IMG/VR virus record: IMGVR_UViG_3300027736_000062
Location: 1-53,694 of that record
Direction: 5' to 3' (one strand)
DNA length: 53,694 nt
Source of the DNA: a virus
Taxonomy: Duplodnaviria > Caudoviricetes
The notes beneath the pieces were generated by a model. It worked only from the letters and a program-made list of their open reading frames with translations. It had not been told where the DNA came from and searched no databases. This document shows positions 18,443 through 26,009 of the stretch, in pieces. Every line of letters begins with the position of its first letter. The stretch's first letter is position 1. Both the position numbers and the translations under genes were made by a program.

Positions 18443-18480
18443 CCCAGCTTTCGCCGGGAACCGATTCGGTTTTGATTCGC

Positions 18481-18624
18481 TTATTGCATGATGTCTGGCA
18501 GCATGCACATGACGATCAAAAACACAGTAAACATTGTACCAATAATCCAGCGACTGAGCAACGACTCTTCAGGTTGCTGGCTGGGTAATTGGCTCATCAT
18601 TTCGTCGATCTCTTGGCGGTTCAT
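18481..18624 (-). CDS. Small membrane protein (47 aa)
   Basis: Manually translated MNRQEIDEMM...WIIGTMFTVFLIVMCMLPDIMQ; ATGA overlap; one hydrophobic helix. Confidence 0.65.
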   Translation of the reverse strand: MNRQEIDEMMSQLPSQQPEESLLSRWIIGTMFTVFLIVMCMLPDIMQ

Positions 18625-18848
18625 GTCAGCTCCAATACGGTGGCACGCTCTGCGCCTTTGTGTTCTTTGTGCGAGAACTCGTCGATCTGCTCATGCTCGC
18701 CGTAGTACCACTCCTCGTTGACGTTCAGGGCCACCGTGATGATGGTAACGTGGCCAACCTCGGTGACACCGCCCTCGTACCCGGGGCGCACCACCATAAG
18801 CTCAGGGTCCAACGCCTTGAGCTGCTCGATCAGGTCTTTGACTTTCAT
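18621..18848 (-). CDS. Hypothetical early protein
   Basis: MKVKDLIEQL..LDPEL.V...GYEGG, a common phage small-protein pattern; ATGA overlaps. Confidence 0.7.
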   Translation of the reverse strand: MKVKDLIEQLKALDPELMVVRPGYEGGVTEVGHVTIITVALNVNEEWYYGEHEQIDEFSHKEHKGAERATVLELT

Positions 18849-19048
18849 GCCGCCACCTTTGCCAGCTTCTGCTGGCGCTCGCGCAGGGCGTCGATCTCGG
18901 CCCACAGCTTGACGGCGTAGTCCTCAGCGATGTCCTGCCCTTGCGCCTCCAACGTGTCGTGGCAGTCAATCAGGGCACGGCGGCAGGTGTAGAAGTCGTA
19001 CCCTGCCACCTTGCGGGTGAACACTGCGTGGTGGTTGCTGTAGTTCAT
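18845..19048 (-). CDS. Hypothetical early protein
   Basis: ATGA-coupled on both sides. Confidence 0.7.
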   Translation of the reverse strand: MNYSNHHAVFTRKVAGYDFYTCRRALIDCHDTLEAQGQDIAEDYAVKLWAEIDALRERQQKLAKVAA

Positions 19049-19338
19049 TGTGCTGCCGTCTCGATCTCGCCGATGGCGCTGTCGATGCTGTCAATCGCGC
19101 TGTCTAGCTCGCTTACGGCGTTGTCCAGTGCGCTTGCGGCCTCTTCCATAGCCTGACCTTTGTCGCCGTTCTGAAGGCCCTCTGGCATGTTGTCGAACTT
19201 CTCGCGCTCCTCTTCGGCCAAGGACTGAATCTCGTCCTTGATCGCTTCGTACTCAGAGCGGATGTCGTCGAGCTGGCCCCTAAGCAACTCGAGGGCATCT
19301 GTAAAACTAGCAAGAGTCTTGCGGGTTGCGTTGTTCAT
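19045..19338 (-). CDS. Acidic coiled-coil early protein
   Basis: EEEREKFDNMPEGLQ..DKG motif; coupled packing. Confidence 0.75.
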   Translation of the reverse strand: MNNATRKTLASFTDALELLRGQLDDIRSEYEAIKDEIQSLAEEEREKFDNMPEGLQNGDKGQAMEEAASALDNAVSELDSAIDSIDSAIGEIETAAQ

Positions 19339-19463
19339 TTTGCTGCCTCACCGTCTTCTGCTGCTTCCTCGGCGGCCACTTGGGCCTCGTACTCTGCTTG
19401 AGCCTTGGCCACCAAGCGCTGGATGTCCAAAGTGACCAATCGGTTGAATTCTTGCTGTGTCAT
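19335..19463 (-). CDS. Small early protein (42 aa)
   Basis: Manually translated MTQQEFNRLVTLDIQRLVAKAQ...; AAGGA SD; ATGA overlap. Confidence 0.6.
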   Translation of the reverse strand: MTQQEFNRLVTLDIQRLVAKAQAEYEAQVAAEEAAEDGEAAK

Positions 19464-19537
19464 GTCGCTGTCCTTTTCTGTGTTGCCTGCGGGATGCAGT
19501 GGTGTAATTCTATATTAAATTTCAAGGCTGTGCCAGT

Positions 19538-19783
19538 TCACTGAAAATATTCTGCAATCTCTTGCTCAATGGCCGCTTCAATCTTGCTGGTCAACTTCTT
19601 GGCCAACCATGGTGCAGGGCGGCCACGGCGGTCACAGACCTCCCACTCGCTCTCGGTGTAGCCGTAGTAGTCCCAATCGCTGTCTGCGCGGCTGTCGCCT
19701 GCGACGCTCTCGAAGTGGGTGACGCCGACGATGCATGGGATGCCTGCTACGCGGGTCTCAATTTCTGCGATGTAGTTTGTCAT
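19538..19783 (-). CDS. Hypothetical early protein
   Basis: AAGGA SD; IETRVAGIPC...DYYGY...DRRGRPAPWL motif. Confidence 0.75.
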   Translation of the reverse strand: MTNYIAEIETRVAGIPCIVGVTHFESVAGDSRADSDWDYYGYTESEWEVCDRRGRPAPWLAKKLTSKIEAAIEQEIAEYFQ

Positions 19784-19829
19784 TTCGCTGTTCCTTTTCG
19801 CTGTTACCGATCTTGCTGACCGTGTTGTT

Positions 19830-19893
19830 AGTATAACACCAGATTAAACTAAAATACGGCCAATGCAAAATATTTTCTAAGTAGTTTCCCTTA
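19830..19893 (-). promoter_or_regulatory. Early promoter cassette copy 1
   Basis: Extended -10 TGt-TATACT, GTTTAAT spacer motif, upstream AT tract and imperfect palindrome TAAGTAGTTTCCCTTA. Confidence 0.6.
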
Positions 19894-20655
19894 TGCCGCC
19901 TTGCCTGCTTCGAGGATCTTGTTGGCTGCGCTGAAGATGCGCTGGGCCGACTTATCGGTGATGTCTGCGCCTTGCAGCCAGTTCTGGATGTAGCCGCGTG
20001 ACTCGTGCAAGCCGGGCAGGTCCAGCACCGAGCACAGGATGTAGGCCACGCCCTCTGCCTCGACTTCGCGGATGTCGCGGGGTGTCACCTCGCTGTCGGC
20101 CATCACCTCGTCGGTGGTGTGGCCAAGGACGACGTGGGCCAGCTCATGGAAGCGTGTCTTGTGGGGCAGCACGGCCACTGGGTTGATGGCGATGGTGCGA
20201 CCGCTGGCGTAGCCTTGGCAGTTACCGTTGGGGTAGTCAAAGGCCACCTCGCTGATGTCCAACTTAACCAACGCGGCTGCCTTGTCCCATGCTGGGGTGA
20301 CCACCTCGTTGACATACTCGTCGCCCTCAGTCTGACCGAGCACGAACCAGTTATTGCGAAGGCTGAACATGCTGAACGACTCGCCAGTCTTTTCGCCTGC
20401 TGCGTCTTTTTTGTTGATGGTGAGGGGCATCACCAGTGCGATGGCCTTCTGGCCCTTGCTGACTTGGCGGCCCAGCTCGGACCACTTCTTGTAGGTGGCG
20501 ATGGGGCCGATGGGGATCTCGCGCTCCATGCACTGTGACCAAGCCAGCAGTTGGTTGCCGATGCTGTAGCCGTGAAAGGTGCTGTAGCACTTGCTGATGA
20601 TGCCGGGCTGGTTGACGGCGTCTTGAAGCAGTTGGCTGAAGTTTGCTTTTTCCAT
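19891..20655 (-). CDS. ArdC-like ssDNA-binding/zincin antirestriction protein
   Basis: FHGYSIGNQLL...ATYKKW.ELGRQV.KG.K N-terminal domain plus HELAH and E.EAE zincin motifs. Confidence 0.8.
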   Translation of the reverse strand: MEKANFSQLLQDAVNQPGIISKCYSTFHGYSIGNQLLAWSQCMEREIPIGPIATYKKWSELGRQVSKGQKAIALVMPLTINKKDAAGEKTGESFSMFSLRNNWFVLGQTEGDEYVNEVVTPAWDKAAALVKLDISEVAFDYPNGNCQGYASGRTIAINPVAVLPHKTRFHELAHVVLGHTTDEVMADSEVTPRDIREVEAEGVAYILCSVLDLPGLHESRGYIQNWLQGADITDKSAQRIFSAANKILEAGKAA

Positions 20656-20704
20656 GATGATCTCGCTTTCAATTCTGTGTTACCTGCGAAAGTGCAGTGG
20701 AGTT

Positions 20705-20767
20705 AGTATAACCTGGAATTAAACAATACAACAACCAACCCAAATTATTTTCTAGGTATTTTCCCTA
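20705..20767 (-). promoter_or_regulatory. Early promoter cassette copy 2
   Basis: -10 TATACT, GTTTAAT spacer motif, TTGTTG, AT tract, palindrome TAGGTATTTTCCCTA. Confidence 0.65.
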
Positions 20768-20919
20768 ACCTCTTTAGCCTCCATGCGGAGGTGCGCCAGC
20801 AGCACGCCAAGGTCTTGGCCAACCTCCGCCTGCCACAGCTCGATCTCTCGCAGGATGTAGTCGCACCCGGCGTCAAAGCCTTTGATGTAGTCCGACATCA
20901 CGGTCTCTGGCGCGTTCAT
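20752..20919 (-). CDS. Small early protein (55 aa)
   Basis: Manually translated MNAPETVMSDYIKGFDAGCDYILREIE...; ATGA overlap. Confidence 0.6.
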   Translation of the reverse strand: MNAPETVMSDYIKGFDAGCDYILREIELWQAEVGQDLGVLLAHLRMEAKEVRENT

Positions 20920-21107
20920 GCTGCAACCCCTTGGCGGGCCTCTTGACGGCCTCGTTCGACCAAGTAGCGGGCCTCGGTCCTATCCTCGATCGTTTCGGCC
21001 TCCAAGAGCGTTCTGATGGCCTGCGCGGCTGCTTGGCCAGCAGCAGGGGACTGCGCACGCTCGTACTTGAACCCGAGCGAGATGTATTGGACTTCTGCGT
21101 GCTTCAT
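20916..21107 (-). CDS. Hypothetical early protein
   Basis: ATGA-coupled on both sides. Confidence 0.7.
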   Translation of the reverse strand: MKHAEVQYISLGFKYERAQSPAAGQAAAQAIRTLLEAETIEDRTEARYLVERGRQEARQGVAA

Positions 21108-21385
21108 GCTGTGTACTCCAGTGCCTGCAAATTGCTGATGCGATTGTTGATCTCGGTGACCGTTTTTTGGTACTCGGCCATGACCTTTTGCTTTTGCTGT
21201 TCCAACGCGGCAATTTGCTGTGCGCGTGGATCAAATTTGTCAGGCACTTCGATCTCGATTTCTTGAGGACCAACGTAAACGCGATGGTCGCAGTCTTCAA
21301 GCTTGAACGAGAAGACTTGAAACTCGCCCTTCTCATCGAAGGAATATTTTTGGTAGTGAACGTGGACTGTGGTTTTAACTTGCAT
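21104..21385 (-). CDS. Hypothetical protein with C-terminal coiled coil
   Basis: P..FDP...QI.ALE pattern; coupled packing. Confidence 0.75.
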   Translation of the reverse strand: MQVKTTVHVHYQKYSFDEKGEFQVFSFKLEDCDHRVYVGPQEIEIEVPDKFDPRAQQIAALEQQKQKVMAEYQKTVTEINNRISNLQALEYTA

Positions 21386-21403
21386 GATTCGCTTTCGTTT
21401 CGG

Positions 21404-21577
21404 TTATGCGGTGATGACGCCTTGGTTGATAAGCTGCTGGGCCGTGCGACCGAACCAGCCTTGAAGTTGCCACGCGAGGCCAGTGTCCACAAGGGTCTGC
21501 CATGCCTCGATGACTTGCTCTTCGCTGTCGGCCTCAATAAAGCCCTCTGCGATGCCTGTTGCTGTGTAGTTATCCAT
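21404..21577 (-). CDS. Small early protein (57 aa, DUF7417-like)
   Basis: Manually translated ...AWQTLVDTGLAWQLQGWFGRTA..LI..G; AAGGA SD. Confidence 0.7.
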   Translation of the reverse strand: MDNYTATGIAEGFIEADSEEQVIEAWQTLVDTGLAWQLQGWFGRTAQQLINQGVITA

Positions 21578-21600
21578 TTCGCTTTCCTTTCGCTTTTGAT

Positions 21601-21615
21601 GGGGGCCGAAGCCCC
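21601..21615 (-). other. UUCG hairpin without a U tract (RNA stability/processing element)
   Basis: GGGGC-TTCG-GCCCC, same 14-nt core as the 2882-2895 hairpin. Confidence 0.5.
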
Positions 21616-21624
21616 GTGGGTTGA

Positions 21625-21888
21625 TTAGATGTAACTGTCTTCTTTGCGCTTGTCTTTGCCATTGTTGAACTGGCGTAAAGCTTCGCTCTTGTGATAGTCG
21701 GAGCCGTGCTTACTGATGAAATTCAGCAGGTCACGGCGCACTTTGATTGGATGCCAGTATTCGCCCTCTGCATGCAAGTCCAACTCGTGCAGGCAAACAA
21801 AACTCATGTCATCTACGGTGCTGTGAACCAATGGGTCAAAGTAAGTGTGGTGTGACACTTTGGAGAAATCTTTTTTTGCGTCAGTCAT
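21625..21888 (-). CDS. Hypothetical His-rich early protein
   Basis: Fills the gap; G-rich SD. Confidence 0.65.
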   Translation of the reverse strand: MTDAKKDFSKVSHHTYFDPLVHSTVDDMSFVCLHELDLHAEGEYWHPIKVRRDLLNFISKHGSDYHKSEALRQFNNGKDKRKEDSYI

Positions 21889-21901
21889 GTTGCCCCCCTG
21901 A

Positions 21902-22201
21902 TTAACGTGAAGTTACTTTGACGCTGAACACTGCGGTCACTTTGGTGTGACGTGCGATCTGCTCAGGTGTTGCGCCCAGCTCGGCGAAGAGGGCCTTGCT
22001 GTCAACCACAGAGCGGTTGGTCTCGATGTAGGTGGCTTTGAACAGCTCACCCTCAAAGGACTTGTCGCCTGTCAGGCTGGCGTCGTTCTTAATGCCGTCC
22101 TTGATGGCGTCGGCTTGCTTGGTCAGTGCTGCAATCTGTGCGAGCAATGCACCCAAGGTGTCAACGTCGTGGGCGGCTGGGGTAGTGATGGTAGTAGTCA
22201 T
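21902..22201 (-). CDS. Hypothetical early protein
   Basis: First gene after promoter copy 3; VD.LG.L.AQIA.L...AD.IK pattern. Confidence 0.75.
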   Translation of the reverse strand: MTTTITTPAAHDVDTLGALLAQIAALTKQADAIKDGIKNDASLTGDKSFEGELFKATYIETNRSVVDSKALFAELGATPEQIARHTKVTAVFSVKVTSR

Positions 22202-22256
22202 GTCGCTGGTCTTTCTCTGTTACCTGACTGTGCGGATTTGCTGTGTCAGTGCATGT

Positions 22257-22319
22257 AGTGTAACACCAAATTAAACGAGTCAACAATTTTTTCAAATTAT
22301 TTTGTAGGGACAAACCCTA
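22257..22319 (-). promoter_or_regulatory. Early promoter cassette copy 3
   Basis: Extended -10 TGt-TACACT, GTTTAAT spacer motif, TTGTTG, AT tract, palindrome TAGGGACAAACCCTA. Confidence 0.65.
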
Positions 22320-22593
22320 ATAGGGTCCGGACATCTTCCAGCAGGTCCAGCTCGCCGTAGCCGTAGTGCTTGGGGAAGCCCTTCGTGCCAAGGCCGTGGA
22401 GGCCCGTCTTGCCCCTGTGGTGCTCTGGGCATAGCGGTATGACGTCCATGTGCTTTGAGCGCCCCCAGCCCCCCGCCAAGGCCCTTGGATGATGCAGCTC
22501 GGCGGGGGTTCCCTCGTACCCCATGCGCCTGCACACGATGCAGCCCAGCTCGGCTACGCGGCTCATGTGCTTGCGCTCGGCGATGGTGGTCAT
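22297..22593 (-). CDS. Ref-like (recombination enhancement) HNH nuclease
   Basis: LGCIVC...ELHH.R...VIPLCPEHHRG..G.H. Confidence 0.75.
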   Translation of the reverse strand: MTTIAERKHMSRVAELGCIVCRRMGYEGTPAELHHPRALAGGWGRSKHMDVIPLCPEHHRGKTGLHGLGTKGFPKHYGYGELDLLEDVRTLLGFVPTK

Positions 22594-22739
22594 TGCTTGC
22601 CCTTTGTAAAGCCTGCACGGTTCTTCAGCTCATGGCACGCCATGCACCGCCACATGACGCGGCCATCGCTGGTGCGACTTTGCTTCTCTGCTGGGCGCAG
22701 GCGGCACACTGAACACGTCCTCTTGATGGGTTCAGTCAT
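22590..22739 (-). CDS. Small Zn-finger protein (49 aa)
   Basis: CSVC...CMAC; coupled packing. Confidence 0.55.
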   Translation of the reverse strand: MTEPIKRTCSVCRLRPAEKQSRTSDGRVMWRCMACHELKNRAGFTKGKQ

Positions 22740-22983
22740 TTGCTTCGTCGTCCTTTGGCCAAGCCCTGTCGCACGTTGGGCAGCGTCGCTCTCGCTCATC
22801 TTCAATCTGTCGCTTTCGCCAACCATTTGCCCGCGCCTGCTGGCGCTCAATACGCTCAAACTCTTCGTCCTCTTCTGTTTTTCTGAGCCTGTCAATTTCA
22901 CCATGCAGCCTTGCGTTGGTGATCAACAAAGAATCCCTTGCGATCTTTAAACGCTCAAATTCGATTTCGTCGTCGTCGGTCAT
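22732..22983 (-). CDS. Hypothetical charged protein
   Basis: EEDEEFERIE motif, CPTC; coupled packing. Confidence 0.6.
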   Translation of the reverse strand: MTDDDEIEFERLKIARDSLLITNARLHGEIDRLRKTEEDEEFERIERQQARANGWRKRQIEDERERRCPTCDRAWPKDDEAND

Positions 22984-23324
22984 ATTGTGGCCTTCCCTTC
23001 AGCTCGATTGCTGGCCTCTTGTGAGCGCCACACCTCGATGCGGGCCTGTGCCGCGATGAGCATCCAGCGCAGCTCTTCGCGAACCTCCACGGCCTGCTGC
23101 AAGGCCTTCAGGTGCTCTTTGTACTTGGGTGATGCGTAGGCCTCGCGCTCTTGCATGGCCGCAGTCTTGTGGCCCATCTCTTCGGCCTCGATCATTTGCT
23201 CGGCCTTGATAGTCTTGCGTAGCTCTTCCATGTAAGTCTTGTTGCCCTCGGCCATTGCATACGCCTTGGACTTTGCAATCATGAAATCGACTGCGGCTTG
23301 TGGGTCAATAAGTTTTTCAGTCAT
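22980..23324 (-). CDS. Helical protein, possibly UvsY-like recombination mediator
   Basis: QEREAYAS..Y...L...IEVWRS.EA..R pattern. Confidence 0.6.
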   Translation of the reverse strand: MTEKLIDPQAAVDFMIAKSKAYAMAEGNKTYMEELRKTIKAEQMIEAEEMGHKTAAMQEREAYASPKYKEHLKALQQAVEVREELRWMLIAAQARIEVWRSQEASNRAEGKATI

Positions 23325-23481
23325 TTAATTCTCCAATCCAATGTTTGCGCTCTTCCATCATTTCATTTGCAAGCACATAGACGTATTCGGCAAAATCTTT
23401 TGGTCTGTCTATTCCTTCGGGAGCAAGGCCTGCTGCCACAAACATTGCAAAAAAATCAATCAATTCTGGCTCTTGCTTCAT
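23317..23481 (-). CDS. Hypothetical protein
   Basis: D.FA..V..GL...A...Y..A..MM.ER family pattern. Confidence 0.65.
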   Translation of the reverse strand: MKQEPELIDFFAMFVAAGLAPEGIDRPKDFAEYVYVLANEMMEERKHWIGELND

Positions 23482-23687
23482 GTCGCACTCCCAAACAATG
23501 CTTCGCCTGCGGCCACCGGAAAGTGTCCACCCCACGCCACGATCTGCTGCACGTCCATGTGTTCGAGAAACCCATCCACCGGGCTGATGCGGTACTCGAT
23601 CTGCCCCTCATAAGTCTTGACCTTGGCAATGCCCACGCAGCCCTTGGACCCGTTAAACCACTTCACCTTCAACGCTTCTTCGTTCAT
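23478..23687 (-). CDS. Hypothetical protein
   Basis: ATGA-coupled; WF...GCVGI...D.Q.I..WG..FP. Confidence 0.65.
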   Translation of the reverse strand: MNEEALKVKWFNGSKGCVGIAKVKTYEGQIEYRISPVDGFLEHMDVQQIVAWGGHFPVAAGEALFGSAT

Positions 23688-24085
23688 ATTTCGCTCACTT
23701 TCACTTTTAACATTCCACCGATTGACTCGGCCCAATAAATTCGCAGGTCGACAATGTTGCTGTCGTCCTCCCAAACACCTGCGTGAGTGCAGCCGTCAAG
23801 GACCGCCTTCAGCAAATTGTCAAGGTCGCGCCGTCTGTTGTCTGGCCTAAACGCCTCGATGTTCACGCGCAACTTCCCAGCATAGTGCTTGGCCCCGCGC
23901 TGAATCAACACTTGGTCGGCCACGGCCTTGCGGTAGGACCTACCCTCTGCGCTGATGATCATGCGACCTTGGAACGTGCGCCAATATTTGTTCACGCTTG
24001 GCGGCCACGGCAACGTGAGGGTGATCGCATTTTCGTTTTTGCTGATCACGTCCTCGAGCTGCTTTTGCAATTCTTCTAAGGTCAT
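23684..24085 (-). CDS. rusA: RusA-family Holliday junction resolvase
   Basis: LPWPPSVN.YWR...PDNRRRDLDNLLK...D......DDS. Confidence 0.9.
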   Translation of the reverse strand: MTLEELQKQLEDVISKNENAITLTLPWPPSVNKYWRTFQGRMIISAEGRSYRKAVADQVLIQRGAKHYAGKLRVNIEAFRPDNRRRDLDNLLKAVLDGCTHAGVWEDDSNIVDLRIYWAESIGGMLKVKVSEI

Positions 24086-24348
24086 TGGTTCTGCGCAGGT
24101 ATGCGGTTGAACATGTGCTCGGCTGCATTGCGCAAGGCTGTGCAGACTGCGCCCTCGTCCTCCATGTCGGCCATGTCCAGCAGCATCTGGGCGCAGGCCC
24201 TCCGCTCAAGGAACATTGCCTGCTTTGTGGTCTGAATCGCTATGGCCATGATCTCGGCCTTGGCCTCGCTCAGTGCTTTGTCAAACTCGTTCTGCGTGAA
24301 CAAAGTCTGACCCTGCGAAAAAATGTTTTTGTCAAAGTTCATTTCCAT
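24082..24348 (-). CDS. Hypothetical protein
   Basis: Coupled packing; ERRACA motif. Confidence 0.65.
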   Translation of the reverse strand: MEMNFDKNIFSQGQTLFTQNEFDKALSEAKAEIMAIAIQTTKQAMFLERRACAQMLLDMADMEDEGAVCTALRNAAEHMFNRIPAQNQ

Positions 24349-24571
24349 TCTCCTTCGTTACCTCGGTTACCTTTAATCCATTGATCCCGAACATCTTGTT
24401 CAAGTCGAGAGCCTGCATGTAAGTCATTCCAGCCCTTGTGACGACGGCCAGTGTGGTCAGTGTGACCGTTAAGCCAGCGGTGCGCCGCATCGCGATCTTG
24501 TATGCGTCGTTTGATGACCCATCGAACGAGACAACGGTGACGATGCTCGTCTGGTCCTTCTCCCTCGCCAT
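24332..24571 (-). CDS. Hypothetical protein
   Basis: Starts immediately after the helicase stop. Confidence 0.55.
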   Translation of the reverse strand: MAREKDQTSIVTVVSFDGSSNDAYKIAMRRTAGLTVTLTTLAVVTRAGMTYMQALDLNKMFGINGLKVTEVTKENGNEL

Positions 24572-25582
24572 TCAAAATGCACCTCGGTCGTCAAACGACA
24601 TCGGCAGCCCGCCGCTCTCGTCCACAAACTGCTGGGACTCGCGGTTGAACCAGAGGGAGTACCACTCCTCAGCTTCACCGTTGCGCTGCTTCTCGCACAT
24701 CAGCAAAGCGTCTGGCTTTTTGTGGTCAGGGATCTGGCCGTTCTGAATGTCGTGCTCCTTCTTTTTGTTGCGCCACATGAGCAACACGTTGTCCACTTGG
24801 TCGGCGATCGCGCCCGAGCCTTTGATGTCGGTCTTACTTGGCTGCATCTCTTCGTTGCCCAGCTTGCGGATATGGTGGACCAAGTGAATGTGAATGTGAT
24901 GGTCACGCGCCAGCGCGGTCAGCTCGTCGACGAAAGTCTTCTGAGCGTTGTAGTCATCCTCGCCCGTCACGCACTTCATCAGGCTGTCGATGAAGACATG
25001 CTGCACACCCAGCTCGACCGCGCAGTAGCGTGCCATGGCAATCACCTGCTGGCTCGATGTTGTCCCCTGCTGGTCGTACAGCCACAGACCCATCTCCGAG
25101 TAGTCGATGAAGCGAGTCAGCAGACGGCCAATGTAGGTGGCTTTGTCGGTGTAGCGAGGGAAGTCAATGTTTTCGCCAGCAAACTGACGCAGCATGCGGT
25201 ACAGCGTGCGCTTGGGCTTCATCTCAAACGAGGCAATGCACACGCGCTGCTTTTGCTTGATCAACCCCAACGCAACTTGGCCAGTCACCAAAGACTTGCC
25301 ACCGCCGTTGCTGCCAGCGTACAAAGTCACCTCGCCGGGTCGGAACTGAAACGTCGAATGCGTCTTCGCCCAAGGCATCGTGGTGCTCGAGTCCTTCTCA
25401 GGCGGGCTGACCAAATCCTTTTGCAACTCCTCCAGCCACACCGATGCCTCATGAACCTTGTGGGTCACGTCATGAGCCTTCAAGTATTTTTCCGTGTCGA
25501 TCTCTTGCGACTTGACCAAACGCACTTTACGGGCCTCGTCAAGGGCGCGTGCTCTTTTTTCAATTGCAGCCACTTCAGACAT
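24572..25582 (-). CDS. Superfamily 4 (DnaB/T7 gp4-like) replicative helicase
   Basis: RPGEVTLYAGSNGGGKS, SFEM, FIDSL, HHIRK, DIKGSGAI, EKQR. Confidence 0.88.
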   Translation of the reverse strand: MSEVAAIEKRARALDEARKVRLVKSQEIDTEKYLKAHDVTHKVHEASVWLEELQKDLVSPPEKDSSTTMPWAKTHSTFQFRPGEVTLYAGSNGGGKSLVTGQVALGLIKQKQRVCIASFEMKPKRTLYRMLRQFAGENIDFPRYTDKATYIGRLLTRFIDYSEMGLWLYDQQGTTSSQQVIAMARYCAVELGVQHVFIDSLMKCVTGEDDYNAQKTFVDELTALARDHHIHIHLVHHIRKLGNEEMQPSKTDIKGSGAIADQVDNVLLMWRNKKKEHDIQNGQIPDHKKPDALLMCEKQRNGEAEEWYSLWFNRESQQFVDESGGLPMSFDDRGAF

Positions 25583-26009
25583 TTGCATACCTCACTGCTT
25601 CGTCAATCCGTTGGTAGGCCGTGAGCATGCGCTCTCGGGTCTCCTCGTTTGGCATCTTGTTGTTAGCAATGTCAAAGGCCACGATCTGGACCACCAGCGC
25701 CTCAAAGTGAATGATGCGCATCAGGTCGCTTGCAAAGAACGCGGGCTTCATGCTGGGCTTGCCAGTCACAGGGTAATCTCGGCGCTTCTCGTCGGATGGA
25801 AAAAGGTCAGTCATGTCCATGCCAATTGCACCCAGCACGCTGGCCGTCTCGCAGCCTGCAAAGCAGTGCAGCAGCACCCTGCCATCCTCACCCTCACGAA
25901 CGGCCAGAGAAGGCCCCTTGTCGGCGTGAGCTGGGCAGCGGGCAGTCCATGAACCGTTGCGGCCCTTGACCTTGTCCAAACGCGAGATCAGATTCTCGAC
26001 GGGTGTCAT
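25575..26009 (-). CDS. Stand-alone primase-type Zn-binding domain protein
   Basis: ARCPAH.D..PSL.V......LLHCFAGC; no catalytic domain follows. Confidence 0.8.
   Translation of the reverse strand: MTPVENLISRLDKVKGRNGSWTARCPAHADKGPSLAVREGEDGRVLLHCFAGCETASVLGAIGMDMTDLFPSDEKRRDYPVTGKPSMKPAFFASDLMRIIHFEALVVQIVAFDIANNKMPNEETRERMLTAYQRIDEAVRYANV

Noticed and set aside
18180-18480. tRNA gene, or 16S rRNA fragment (GCACAAGCGG)
   Set aside because: No T-loop/D-loop consensus or 7-bp acceptor geometry; the 10-nt rRNA match is too short to be meaningful
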